51,508 nucleotides of DNA from Alphaproteobacteria bacterium (lineage in GTDB: Bacteria; Pseudomonadota; Alphaproteobacteria; JAPULJ01). The notes under the pieces were generated by a model. It saw only the letters and a list, made by a program, of their open reading frames with translations, made no database searches and had not been told where the DNA came from. The translations under genes and the position numbers were made by a program. The DNA is taken from assembly GCA_027295145.1 (NCBI GenBank), contig JAPULJ010000119.1, forward strand, positions 1-51,508. Direction: 5' to 3'. This document shows positions 18,656 to 27,413 of this stretch, piece after piece; within the stretch, counting starts at the first letter, position 1, and the number at the start of each line of letters is the position of its first letter.

Positions 18656-19594
18656 CTACTTTCCCCTGTCGGCGAGTGCCGCGATGGTCTTGGCAAGCAA
18701 ACGGATGTCGCTACTCATCTGTTCGGAGAGGGTGCCGACGCGGGCGGTCATGGCGGTCATGGTGGCGATCGTGGTGGCGTGGCGGTCGTCCTCGCTCGAC
18801 AACGAGCGCTGCAGCTTGTCGATGCTCTCGGCGGTCTGTTCGAGCAGGGCCTGAATATAGGCCGGAACCGAACCATCGCCCTCGGCGCCACCGATCGACG
18901 TGGCAAGGCGGGTCTCGCCGCTCAGCCATTCTTCAAGGTCGTGGTAGAATCGGTTCTGGGCCTGACCCGCCTGAAGATCGAGAAAGCCCAGGATCAACGA
19001 GCCGCCAAGACCGAAGAGCGAGGAGCTGAAGGCCGTCCCCATGCCGGAAAGCGGCGCCTGCAGGCCGCGTTTCAGATCGCCGAATATGCTGGCGATATCG
19101 CCCGATCCAATGGCCAGCGAGCCGACCACGCCGGCCACCGAACTCACCGTTTCGAGCAGCCCCCAGAAGGTGCCCAACAGGCCGAGGAACACCAGTAACC
19201 CGACCATGTAACGGGCGATCTCGCGCGATTCATCGAGCCGCGAGCCGATGCCGTCGAGGAGCGAGCGCATCGCCGCGGCGGTGAGCCGCAGCGCGCCACC
19301 CTCGCGGTCGCGTAGCAGAGTCGCCATCGATGCCAGAACCCGCGGCGGGTTCTCCGGAGAGGTCCAGCTTTGGTGGCGCCTGAAATTCTCGATCCAGTCG
19401 GCCGCCGGCCTCAAAAGGAACACTTGGCGGAAGATGTAGAGAATTCCGATCAGCAAAACACCGAGGATGACCCCATTGAGGACCGGATTCGCCATGAAGG
19501 CATCGCGCAAGGCGACGTACAACGCTCCTAGCGCGGCCAGAACGGCGATCACGAATACGCCCATGCGGAAAAGGTACGCGGTGGGTCGGGTCAC
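18656..19594 (-). CDS. MotA/TolQ/ExbB proton-channel family protein, 4 TM, with ~100-aa C-terminal tail
   Basis: GTG start follows GGAG. Two N-terminal TM helices, a ~70-aa loop, then LGLLGTFWGLLETV and GMGTAFSSSLFGLGGSLILGF. These parallel TolQ in this window (FIGLFGTVWGIMNSF and IAEALLATALGLVAAIPAVVGF). It ends 14 nt before the MotB-like gene. Confidence 0.72.
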   Translation of the reverse strand: MTRPTAYLFRMGVFVIAVLAALGALYVALRDAFMANPVLNGVILGVLLIGILYIFRQVFLLRPAADWIENFRRHQSWTSPENPPRVLASMATLLRDREGGALRLTAAAMRSLLDGIGSRLDESREIARYMVGLLVFLGLLGTFWGLLETVSSVAGVVGSLAIGSGDIASIFGDLKRGLQAPLSGMGTAFSSSLFGLGGSLILGFLDLQAGQAQNRFYHDLEEWLSGETRLATSIGGAEGDGSVPAYIQALLEQTAESIDKLQRSLSSEDDRHATTIATMTAMTARVGTLSEQMSSDIRLLAKTIAALADRGK

Positions 19595-19643
19595 CGTGCC
19601 GCTCCGATTGCATCCGCGCCGCTATCTCGCGCGATCATCGCCG

Positions 19644-20618
19644 CTACTGCCCCACCAGCACGAGATCAACCCGATCGATCGGTTTCTCGGTGGTGTTGCT
19701 GCCAAGGGCGCGAACCTCGGTGCGGGTCCCCTGGATTCCCGCCTTGATCATGTGCAGTCGCACCGCCAAAGCGCGGGACAATGACAGGCGCCGCGCCTTG
19801 TTGCCGCTGGCATAGGCGTAGATCACCAGCCGGCTCTTGGCGTTCCGGAAAAGGCTCTGGATGACCGGTGTCATGTTTTGCCGGGCCGCTGCGGTAAGCT
19901 GGGTGGAGCCCTTGGCGAAGGCAATACGCATCTTACCGGTAGACGGGGTGCGGTTGGCTGTCTGGCCCGCGGGATTGCTGGTGGTAGGTTTGCTGACGGC
20001 CGGTTTGCTGACGGCCGGTTTGCTGGAAGCGGGTTTACCGGCAGCAGGCGTGCTGGCGGCGGGAGGTGCAACGCGTTCCGATTTGTTGGCGGATTTAACC
20101 GCTACCTTTGGCGCGGCCTTTCGGAGATCTTTGGGCTGGGCTGCAGCCCGGATGCGGGCCTCTTCCTCTTTCCGCGCATTTTTTTCCAACGCCATCTTGC
20201 GTTGTTCGGCCTCCTTGCGGTCAGCCTCGGCACGTTGGCGCGCTTCCTCGGCCTCGCGCGCGGCGGCGGCTTTCCGGCGATCCTGCTCGGCGCGCCGCTT
20301 GGTCGCCGCCTTTCGTGCGATATCCGCCTGCTCGCGCTCTGTCGCGGCGCGTTGGGCGGCGGCGCGTTGGGCAGCTTCCCGGTTGGCAATCTCGGCGCGG
20401 ATGGCGGCCGGCGGCCTGAGCTCGATCGGCACTCCGGCAGACCCGCGCCTGGCCGGCGGCAGGGTATCGATTGCGCCGAGATCAACCTCTACGGCGGAAG
20501 CGGCGAGAGAAGGCGTCGCTGCCGGCAACACTGCAATACTGATCGCCAGCAACGCGCCGAGGCGACATGCGCGAGCTACCAACCAGCGCACGCGTGGTTC
20601 ACCTGTCGAGGAAAGCAT
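19644..20618 (-). CDS. exported TolA-like charged protein with degenerate OmpA-like C-terminal domain
   Basis: Signal or anchor sequence RLGALLAISIAVLPAATPSLAASA. An Ala/Glu/Arg/Lys helical tract (REAAQRAAAQRAATEREQADIARKAATKRRAEQDRRKAAAAREAEEARQRAEADRKEAEQRK) is followed by KPxxS repeats. The C-terminal region IAFAKGSTQL...LSLSRALAVRLHMIKAGI...IDRVDLVLV resembles an OmpA-like fold. The start is ambiguous (ATG 20618 or GTG 20591). Confidence 0.6.
   Translation of the reverse strand: MLSSTGEPRVRWLVARACRLGALLAISIAVLPAATPSLAASAVEVDLGAIDTLPPARRGSAGVPIELRPPAAIRAEIANREAAQRAAAQRAATEREQADIARKAATKRRAEQDRRKAAAAREAEEARQRAEADRKEAEQRKMALEKNARKEEEARIRAAAQPKDLRKAAPKVAVKSANKSERVAPPAASTPAAGKPASSKPAVSKPAVSKPTTSNPAGQTANRTPSTGKMRIAFAKGSTQLTAAARQNMTPVIQSLFRNAKSRLVIYAYASGNKARRLSLSRALAVRLHMIKAGIQGTRTEVRALGSNTTEKPIDRVDLVLVGQ
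19986..20045 (-). repeat. 4 x 15-bp in-frame tandem repeat (KPxxS pentapeptides)
   Basis: On the plus strand, ggtttgctgacggcc occurs twice (19986-20000, 20001-20015). Two degenerate units follow, ggtttgctggaagcg and ggtttaccggcagca. Together they encode KPASSKPAVSKPAVSKPTTS on the minus strand. Confidence 0.8.
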
Positions 20619-20924
20619 CGGCTCCGATCCCAACAATTTAAACTCAAAGGAAGGCGCAACGCCGATTTGCGGCCGCCGCCCGCATCGATTGCACCATAGC
20701 TTAGCGGCCTTGCGTGCGACAACTCGTTTGACACCCCAGTGAAAAAGCGCCCGAACGCTAGGCAGCCATTATGGCGAAATGACGACGTCCGATTTGGTCT
20801 ATATTTGGCCCCGTCGGGATGACGCCGGTGCGAAGTAAAACCTCCAACCGAAAGCCAGTGACCAGCTTCCGCCAAGGGCAACCGCCCCGTGCCTCCAGGA
20901 AACGACAATAGGTACCGCATGGTA

Positions 20925-21731
20925 TCAACCAGCCAGCGCCTTTTTAAGCAATTGCGCCAGATCATTGTGGAGTTTCTCGTTCGAGGCGAGGATGTTACCG
21001 CTCGCCAAAACGTTGGTCCGGCCATCGAAATCGGAGACCATCCCGCCGGCCTCGCGCACCAGCAGCAAGCCGCCGGCGATGTCCCACGGCTCAAGCCCGA
21101 ATTCCCAGAAACCGTCATAGCGGCCGGCGGCAAGGTAGGCGAGATCAAGGGCGGCCGAACCGAAACGCCTGACCCCGGCAACCTCCTGGACCATTGCCTG
21201 TAGGGTCTGGAAGTAGCGCGGCTCGGGGTCGTGGCCCTTGAACGGAAGCCCGGTCGCGATCAAGGACTCGGCGAGCACGGTGCGCCCGGATACGCGGAGC
21301 CGCTGGTCGTTGAGGTAAGCGCCAATACCCCTCTCGGCCCAGAAGAACTCGTCATGGACCGGCTCGTATACTGCGGCAGCAATGATTTCGCCGTCCCGCT
21401 GGTGGGCGATCGAGATGGCAAAATGGGGGATCCCGTGAAGGAAGTTCGTGGTCCCGTCCAGCGGGTCGACAATCCAGCAATTGTGCTCATCCTCGCCCGC
21501 GATCTCGCCCTGTTCCTCAAGCAGGAAACTGAACTTCGGCCGCGCCTTGGTCAATTCCTCGCGCAGGACCTGCTCGGCCTTGAGGTCGGCCGCGGTGACG
21601 AAATCGGCCGGTCCCTTGCGCGAGACCTGAAGCTGTTCGACCTCGCCAAAATCGCGCGCCAGCCCGCGCGCTGCCTTGCGGGCAGCGCGTTCGATGACGT
21701 TGATGATCGCCGATTTCCTCGTCGATTGCAT
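20925..21731 (-). CDS. suhB: inositol monophosphatase family protein
   Basis: 268 aa with the WIVDPLDGTTNFLHG motif and GSAALDLAYLAAGRYDGFWE. Confidence 0.9.
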   Translation of the reverse strand: MQSTRKSAIINVIERAARKAARGLARDFGEVEQLQVSRKGPADFVTAADLKAEQVLREELTKARPKFSFLLEEQGEIAGEDEHNCWIVDPLDGTTNFLHGIPHFAISIAHQRDGEIIAAAVYEPVHDEFFWAERGIGAYLNDQRLRVSGRTVLAESLIATGLPFKGHDPEPRYFQTLQAMVQEVAGVRRFGSAALDLAYLAAGRYDGFWEFGLEPWDIAGGLLLVREAGGMVSDFDGRTNVLASGNILASNEKLHNDLAQLLKKALAG

Positions 21732-21746
21732 GGGAACAGCCTTGCC

Positions 21747-22313
21747 CTAAATTTTGGCGCGCTCGACATAGGTGCCGTCAGCGGTATTAACGACGATGCG
21801 GGTGCCGGCCTCGATATGCGGTGGCACTAATACCCGTTCGCCGTTTTCGAGCATCGCCGGCTTGTAGGACGACGAGGCTGTCTGGCCCTTTACCACCGCA
21901 TCAGCCTCGGTGACCTCCATGACCACACTGTCCGGCAGGGCGACACTGATCGCCGATCCCTCATAGCTTTGCACCGTGACCACCATTCCGTCCAGCAGGT
22001 AGGCGGCGGGCTCGCCGATCATCTCGCGGGTGAAAGTGACTTGCTCGTAGTTCTCCTGGTCCATGAAGGTGAACTCATCGCCGTCGGCAAAGAGATACTG
22101 ATAGGGTTGCTCCTCGAGACGCACACGCTCGACCGTTGCCGACGAACGGAAGCGCTCGTTCAACTTGGTGCCATCACGGATGTCCTTGAGCTCAACCTGG
22201 AGGTAGGCTCCGCCCTTACCGGGCTGTGTATGCTGTATCTTGACCGCGCGCCACAAGCGACCTTGATGCTCGATCACGTTGCCAGGACGGATGGCATTAC
22301 CGTCGATCTTCAT
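21747..22313 (-). CDS. efp: translation elongation factor P
   Basis: From internal ATG 22313 the sequence is MKIDGNAIRPGNVIEHQGRLWRAVKIQHTQPGKGGAYLQVELKDIRDG.., a canonical 188-aa EF-P. Confidence 0.95.
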   Translation of the reverse strand: MKIDGNAIRPGNVIEHQGRLWRAVKIQHTQPGKGGAYLQVELKDIRDGTKLNERFRSSATVERVRLEEQPYQYLFADGDEFTFMDQENYEQVTFTREMIGEPAAYLLDGMVVTVQSYEGSAISVALPDSVVMEVTEADAVVKGQTASSSYKPAMLENGERVLVPPHIEAGTRIVVNTADGTYVERAKI

Positions 22314-22418
22314 GTGCGTAATCGCTTCGATGGGGATAGGGAAAACCGGTGCGGCGCGGAAGCTATCACCAAGCCATACGCAAGGCAACGCGGCACCCCA
22401 TTGACCGGGGAGCAGCGA

Positions 22419-23369
22419 TCAGGCGCGCTGCCAGAATGGTCGCCTCGCGGTCGCCACGTAGATGCCCGTAAGGATCAGCCCGACGCCGGCGAGATGGTAG
22501 AAGTGCAGCGACTCGCCCAACAGGAGCATCGCCAGCCCCGTGGCGAATGCAGGTACCAGATGCAGAAACAGGCTCGCCTTGCCGGCCCCGATGGCGCGCA
22601 CGCCGAAGTTCCAACAAATATAGGCGCCGATCGAGGCGAAGAACGCGAGGTAGGCGATGCCGCCGACGCTGCGGGCGGTCAGGATGATATCCCCGCCCAG
22701 CCAACGCTCGACCACGAAAGCTGGCAGCAGCATCACGATCCCGCCGATCATGATCGTGGCAAGGAAATTGAGCGGCTCAAGCTCGCTCGGCCAATGACGC
22801 AGAAGAACGCTGTAAAGCGACCAGAGAAAGAGGGCGAAGAAAATGAGCAGATCGCCGGTCCCCAAATCGAGCGCCAAGAGCGCCCACACGTCACCGTGCG
22901 AAATGATGGTGACGGCGCCGACCAGCGAGACTGCAACGCCGATTCCCTGGCGCCAACTATTACGCTCGCCCAGCCCGGCCCAGGAAATGACGATGACGAA
23001 GATCGGCGTCGCGGCGTTCATCAACGAGCCATTGATCGCGGTGGTCGTCTTAAGGCCGTAGTAGATGAGGGTATTGAAGACGGTAACGCCGAGGAATGAG
23101 AAAACCACCAACCGCTTCCACTCAACGGCAACGACCGCGCGCTGGGCCCACAGCCCGCGCGCGACAAAAGGCAGGAAAACGACAGCGGCAATACCCCAGC
23201 GCAAGAAGGCCAGCGCCATGGGCGGCACGTCCTCGTAGATCGCCCGCCCGACGATCCAGTTGCCGCTCCACAGGAACGCCGTCACGAGGAGCGCGAGATA
23301 GGGGAGCATTGTTCCCCGAGCGCCACCCACAGGCCGGGGGCTTGTCGTAACTTCACCTAGATCAGCCAT
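22419..23369 (-). CDS. EamA/DMT-family transporter
   Basis: Ten-helix membrane ORF with duplicated EamA halves (LLVTAFLWSGNWIVGR.., ..LFLWSLYSVLLR..). An alternative start is at 23309. Confidence 0.82.
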   Translation of the reverse strand: MADLGEVTTSPRPVGGARGTMLPYLALLVTAFLWSGNWIVGRAIYEDVPPMALAFLRWGIAAVVFLPFVARGLWAQRAVVAVEWKRLVVFSFLGVTVFNTLIYYGLKTTTAINGSLMNAATPIFVIVISWAGLGERNSWRQGIGVAVSLVGAVTIISHGDVWALLALDLGTGDLLIFFALFLWSLYSVLLRHWPSELEPLNFLATIMIGGIVMLLPAFVVERWLGGDIILTARSVGGIAYLAFFASIGAYICWNFGVRAIGAGKASLFLHLVPAFATGLAMLLLGESLHFYHLAGVGLILTGIYVATARRPFWQRA

Positions 23370-23433
23370 GCGAGCTAGTGGATAAAATCCAACAAATGGT
23401 ACCCATACGATTCCGTATCCTGGCTACTATCCA

Positions 23434-24543
23434 CTAAAACGTCACCACGCTGCGGATGCTTTTACCCTCGTGCATCAGATCGAAGGCGTCGTTGATCTTG
23501 TCGAGCTTCATGGTGTGGGTGATCAGATCGTCGATGTTGATCTTGCCGTCCATGTACCAATCGACGATGCGCGGAACTTGGGTTCGGCTCCTGGCGCCAC
23601 CAAAGGCGGTGCCCTTCCACACCCGTCCGGTGACCAGCTGGAAGGGCCGGGTCGAGATTTCCTGCCCTGCCCCGGCGACGCCGATGATGACCGAGACCCC
23701 CCAGCCCCGGTGACAGCATTCGAGGGCCTGGCGCATGGTCTCGACATTGCCGATGCACTCGAAGCTGTAATCGGCGCCACCCTTGGTCAACTCGACCAGA
23801 TGGCCGACGACGTCGCCACCGATTTCCTTGGGGTTGACGAAATCGGTCATCCCGAATTTTTCGGCCAGCGCCCGCTTACCCGGATTGGTGTCGACCCCAA
23901 TGATACGATCGGCGCCGGCCATCCTCGCCCCCTGAACTACGTTGAGCCCGATGCCGCCGAGCCCGAAGACGACGACGTTGGCGCCCGGCTCGACCTTGGC
24001 CGTGTTGATGACCGCGCCGATGCCGGTAGTGACCCCGCAGCCGATGTAACAAATCTTCTCGAACGGCGCGTCGTCGCGCACCTTGGCCAGTGCGATCTCG
24101 GGCAGCACGGTGAAATTTGCGAAGGTCGAGGTTCCCATATAATGATGCAGGCTGTCCTTGCCGATCCGGAACCGGCTGGAGCCGTCGGGCATCACCCCGC
24201 GCCCTTGGGTCTCGCGGATCGCGGTGCACAAATTGGTCTTGCCCGACAGGCACGATTTGCAGGCGCGGCATTCTGGAATGTAGAGCGGGATTACGTGATC
24301 GCCCTTGGCCAAACCGCTCACCCCCTTGCCGATATCGATAACGACCCCCGCCCCCTCGTGGCCGAGGATCGCTGGGAACAGTCCCTCGGGATCGTCCCCC
24401 GACAGGGTGAAGGCATCGGTGTGGCAGATCCCAGTCGCCTTGATCTCGACCAGAACCTCGCCTTCCTTCGGTCCGTCGAGCGTGACCGTTTCTATAGTGA
24501 GCGGCTTGCCGGCGGCGTGGGCGACGGCGGCGCGGATCTCCAT
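23434..24543 (-). CDS. adhC: S-(hydroxymethyl)glutathione dehydrogenase / class III alcohol dehydrogenase
   Basis: 369 aa with [52 protein letters not shown] and VFGLGGIGL. Confidence 0.93.
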   Translation of the reverse strand: MEIRAAVAHAAGKPLTIETVTLDGPKEGEVLVEIKATGICHTDAFTLSGDDPEGLFPAILGHEGAGVVIDIGKGVSGLAKGDHVIPLYIPECRACKSCLSGKTNLCTAIRETQGRGVMPDGSSRFRIGKDSLHHYMGTSTFANFTVLPEIALAKVRDDAPFEKICYIGCGVTTGIGAVINTAKVEPGANVVVFGLGGIGLNVVQGARMAGADRIIGVDTNPGKRALAEKFGMTDFVNPKEIGGDVVGHLVELTKGGADYSFECIGNVETMRQALECCHRGWGVSVIIGVAGAGQEISTRPFQLVTGRVWKGTAFGGARSRTQVPRIVDWYMDGKINIDDLITHTMKLDKINDAFDLMHEGKSIRSVVTF

Positions 24544-24648
24544 AACGACCCCCCTCTTTTATTCTTAAAGCCCGTGTCCGGCCCCGATTTGACCAGCGCC
24601 GGGCGGCCACGGCAAGCCCGGGGACCAGCGTTGCGAAATTTTTGATCC

Positions 24649-24664
24649 TGTGACGGCTGTCACA
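24649..24664. promoter_or_regulatory. perfect TGTGA-N6-TCACA palindrome (CRP/FNR-family-type operator candidate) upstream of adhC
   Basis: tgtgacggctgtcaca at 24649-24664, centred about 113 nt upstream of the adhC ATG (24543). Confidence 0.3.
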
Positions 24665-24898
24665 GCATCCAAACTGGATTCGGACTAGTAGTTGGTCAAA
24701 TGTGAAAGATTGGAGTCTTTACGCCATGTCACGGGATGATACATTTTGGGGCAGGCTCGGTCAGCGCGTGCTGTTCGGATCGGCCTACTTGATGGTCGCG
24801 TTGATCGCGACACCCGCACTGCTCCTTTTAGCGCTGCCCTTTTTGTTGTAGAGGGCCTGCTATAGAGGGGAGACGTATATTCCTGTACGAAATTAGTC

Positions 24899-25543
24899 CT
24901 ACCCAGCAGCCACGATGACTTTATTGAAGGCCGAGACCGCCGCCGGCGGTCCGGCTTCGTGCGCCCAGACGCCTGCCACGACGGCAAGGAAATCGGCCCC
25001 CGCCTCAACCAGCGGTCGGCAATTCTCGGGCGTGATCCCGCCAATGGCGACGCTGGGGACGAGCATGACCTCCGACCACCAGCGCAATAGCTCGATATCC
25101 GCTTGTCCCTTCGCCTCCTTGGTCCCGGTCGGGAAGAACGCGCCGAAGGCAACATAATCGGCCCCCCCCTCGGCCGCCTCCATCGCCAAATGGCGCGAAG
25201 AATGACAGGTGACCCCGACAATACGATCGGCCCCCAGCAGCCTGCGCGCGGCATCATAGCCGGCATCATCCTGACCGATATGGACCCCGTCGGCGCCCAT
25301 CTCGGCAGCCAAATCGGGTCGGTCGTTGATCACGAATGCAACGTCGCGGGACTGGCAGACCGGCATTAACAGCTCACTCGCACGCCGAACCGCGTCGTCA
25401 TCAACGCCTTTGAGACGGAGCTGCAGGCTGGCGACGTCGCCGGCATCGAGAACACCGGCGAGGGTATCTACAAATTCGTGCGGCTCGAAGGTTGGTGGGG
25501 TGATCAGGTAGAGCCGGCAGGGATCGTGGCGAACTTGGTCCAT
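24899..25543 (-). CDS. thiE: thiamine-phosphate synthase
   Basis: 214 aa with [31 protein letters not shown] and GGIT, as in ThiE. Confidence 0.88.
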   Translation of the reverse strand: MDQVRHDPCRLYLITPPTFEPHEFVDTLAGVLDAGDVASLQLRLKGVDDDAVRRASELLMPVCQSRDVAFVINDRPDLAAEMGADGVHIGQDDAGYDAARRLLGADRIVGVTCHSSRHLAMEAAEGGADYVAFGAFFPTGTKEAKGQADIELLRWWSEVMLVPSVAIGGITPENCRPLVEAGADFLAVVAGVWAHEAGPPAAVSAFNKVIVAAG

Positions 25544-25576
25544 GGGCGCGCCGTTGCGACCGACCGGAAAGCTGGC

Positions 25577-26497
25577 CTATTCCTTCCCTTTATAGATTTT
25601 CACCACCGCATCGAGCAGCTTGAGCGCGTCCTCACGCGGGCGCTGGAAGGAATTGCGGCCGATGATCGAGCCGCTGGCGCCGCCATCGCGGATCTGACGG
25701 ATTTCGTCGAGCAGTTCCTTATCGCCCTTGGCGCCGCCGCCGGAAAAAACCACCAATCGGCGCCCATTGAAGGCCGACTGGACGACATGGGCGATGCGCG
25801 TAGACAAACTCGACACATCGATTTTCTGATCCTCGTAAACCTTCTTCGCCTCGGCCTGTTCGATATGCGCTGCCGGCGGCTTGACCTTGATGATATGGGC
25901 GCCGAGAAGCGCCGCCATATGGGCAGCATAGGCGGTGACGTCGATCGCCGTCTCGCCCTCCTTCGAAAGGTTGCCGCCGCGCGGGTAGGACCAGATCACC
26001 ACCGCCAACCCGACCGCCTTGGCTTCTTCCGCCAACTCGCGGATTTCCTCGATCATCTCGAACTGTTCCTCGGAGCCGGGATAGATGGTGAAACCGATCG
26101 CCGAGCAGCCCAGCCGCAGCGCATCGCCGACCGAAGCGGTCACCGCCTGATCCTTGGTCACCGCGTGGCTGTTGGCGCTGTTGAGTTTGAGGATCGTCGG
26201 TACGGCGCCGGCAAAGCTGTCGGCGCCGGCTTCGAGCAGCCCCAGGGGCGCGGCAAAGGCCGACAGCCCGGCATCGATGGCGAGGCGGTAATGGTAATGC
26301 GGATCGTAAGCTGGCGGGTTGGGCGCGAAGCTGCGGGCGGGCCCGTGCTCGAAACCCTGGTCGACCGGCAGGATCACCAGTTTGCCGGTGCCGGCGAGCC
26401 GGCCATGCATCAGGATGCGCGCGAGGTTGGCCTTGGTGCCGGGACAATCGCTCTCGTAGTTGGCCAGAATTCGCCGCACGCGCTGGGTGATTTTCAT
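25577..26497 (-). CDS. fba: class I fructose-bisphosphate aldolase (FbaB/DhnA type)
   Basis: From internal ATG 26497 the sequence is MKITQRVRRILANYESDCPGTKANLARILMHGRLAGTGKLVILPVDQGFEHGP.. (306 aa). It lies in the tkt-gap-fba context. Confidence 0.88.
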   Translation of the reverse strand: MKITQRVRRILANYESDCPGTKANLARILMHGRLAGTGKLVILPVDQGFEHGPARSFAPNPPAYDPHYHYRLAIDAGLSAFAAPLGLLEAGADSFAGAVPTILKLNSANSHAVTKDQAVTASVGDALRLGCSAIGFTIYPGSEEQFEMIEEIRELAEEAKAVGLAVVIWSYPRGGNLSKEGETAIDVTAYAAHMAALLGAHIIKVKPPAAHIEQAEAKKVYEDQKIDVSSLSTRIAHVVQSAFNGRRLVVFSGGGAKGDKELLDEIRQIRDGGASGSIIGRNSFQRPREDALKLLDAVVKIYKGKE

Positions 26498-26625
26498 TTC
26501 TATGGATCCTGCAGATGGTTCGATTCGGTGACAGTGGGAGATTATACCAAGGATCACTTGCCGCAAACGCCCCCTAATCCACTATCGTTTAATCTATTGC
26601 GTGCGCGTTAATTTTTGTCAGTTTC

Positions 26626-27105
26626 TCATTTATTCAACCAGGTCCTGCAGGCGTTCGCGGCATCGTCTACGCCCGCCAGATCGATCGCATCTGGCCGAAC
26701 TTCGATCACCGCCGCCCCGGATTGTGCGGCCATCTCCGCCAATTTCGTCGCCACCGCTGGATCACCCCGAAAGCACACAACCTCGATCCCCTCGCGCAAC
26801 GCGCCCATTGCGTCGCCTGCCCGATCGCCGCAATCGAGCACCGCCACCGCCTCCGCCGCGGGATGCATGCGCCGCCCTGTCTCGATCATCGCCCGGAAAT
26901 ACCCCGCGCCCATATAAGCCGAGGCACCGCGCGGACTCAGCAGCACCAACGCCTGGCCGGCGCGCGCCGCCGCTGCAAGCGCTGTTTCGACATGCGCCAG
27001 TTCGTGGACGACAATGGCGGCGGCTTTGAGTAAGGACTGCGTATCGGACATGGCGTCGTTCATTTTAGTCCAGATCTTCGCATACCTCTCGATCAATCCG
27101 GTCAA
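26626..27105 (-). CDS. hypothetical protein, no family recognised
   Basis: 159-aa ORF in the same orientation as gap and fba with moderately coding-like codon usage. The start is uncertain (TTG 27105, ATG 27063 or 27051). Confidence 0.45.
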   Translation of the reverse strand: MTGLIERYAKIWTKMNDAMSDTQSLLKAAAIVVHELAHVETALAAAARAGQALVLLSPRGASAYMGAGYFRAMIETGRRMHPAAEAVAVLDCGDRAGDAMGALREGIEVVCFRGDPAVATKLAEMAAQSGAAVIEVRPDAIDLAGVDDAANACRTWLNK

Positions 27106-27413
27106 TCACTACGGCATTTGGAATACCGCGGCATTCAATTGCCGCCGGAACCTGTTCTGGTAGCGTTCAATCGACGCGCAAGGTTTCACGACCGCTTTGT
27201 ACTTGCCGACCTCCCGGAATACCTCAAGACGCGCTATTCAGGGGATGCCGCGGGGGCAGCGAACACGATGACGGCGGGTGAGTCGGTGAGAGTCGCGCCG
27301 TGACCGACGACGAGAACCTCGCCTCCTGTAGCCAGCGACAATCCACTTCATCGACGGCCCCATCGAGAAGTACGGGAGTTAATGGGACCACGAATTCGTG
27401 TCCCCAATACACC

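Noticed and set aside
17637-20618. Zorya (ZorAB) anti-phage system
   Set aside because: ZorA carries a very long C-terminal tail and is accompanied by ZorC/D or ZorE. Here the MotA-like protein is only 312 aa, no nuclease or helicase partner is present, composition is native, and the flanks are housekeeping genes.
21969-23099. 376-aa plus-strand ORF across efp and the EamA gene. Similar long shadows occur at 23470..24645, 25478..26611, 27840..28718, 29260..30527, 31809..32759, 34571..35728, 44180..45169, 19837..20742 and 50430..51491.
   Set aside because: All are antisense to confidently identified genes, have low-complexity R/G/A/P/D-rich translations, and span gene boundaries. They are GC-driven open frames, not genes.
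27118-27412. ORFs 27118..27303 (+) and 27224..27412 (-) in the gap-to-ORF159 spacer
   Set aside because: They are short, mutually overlapping and ambiguous in codon bias, and have no start context. They are treated as possible gene debris under the pgk finding rather than as features.
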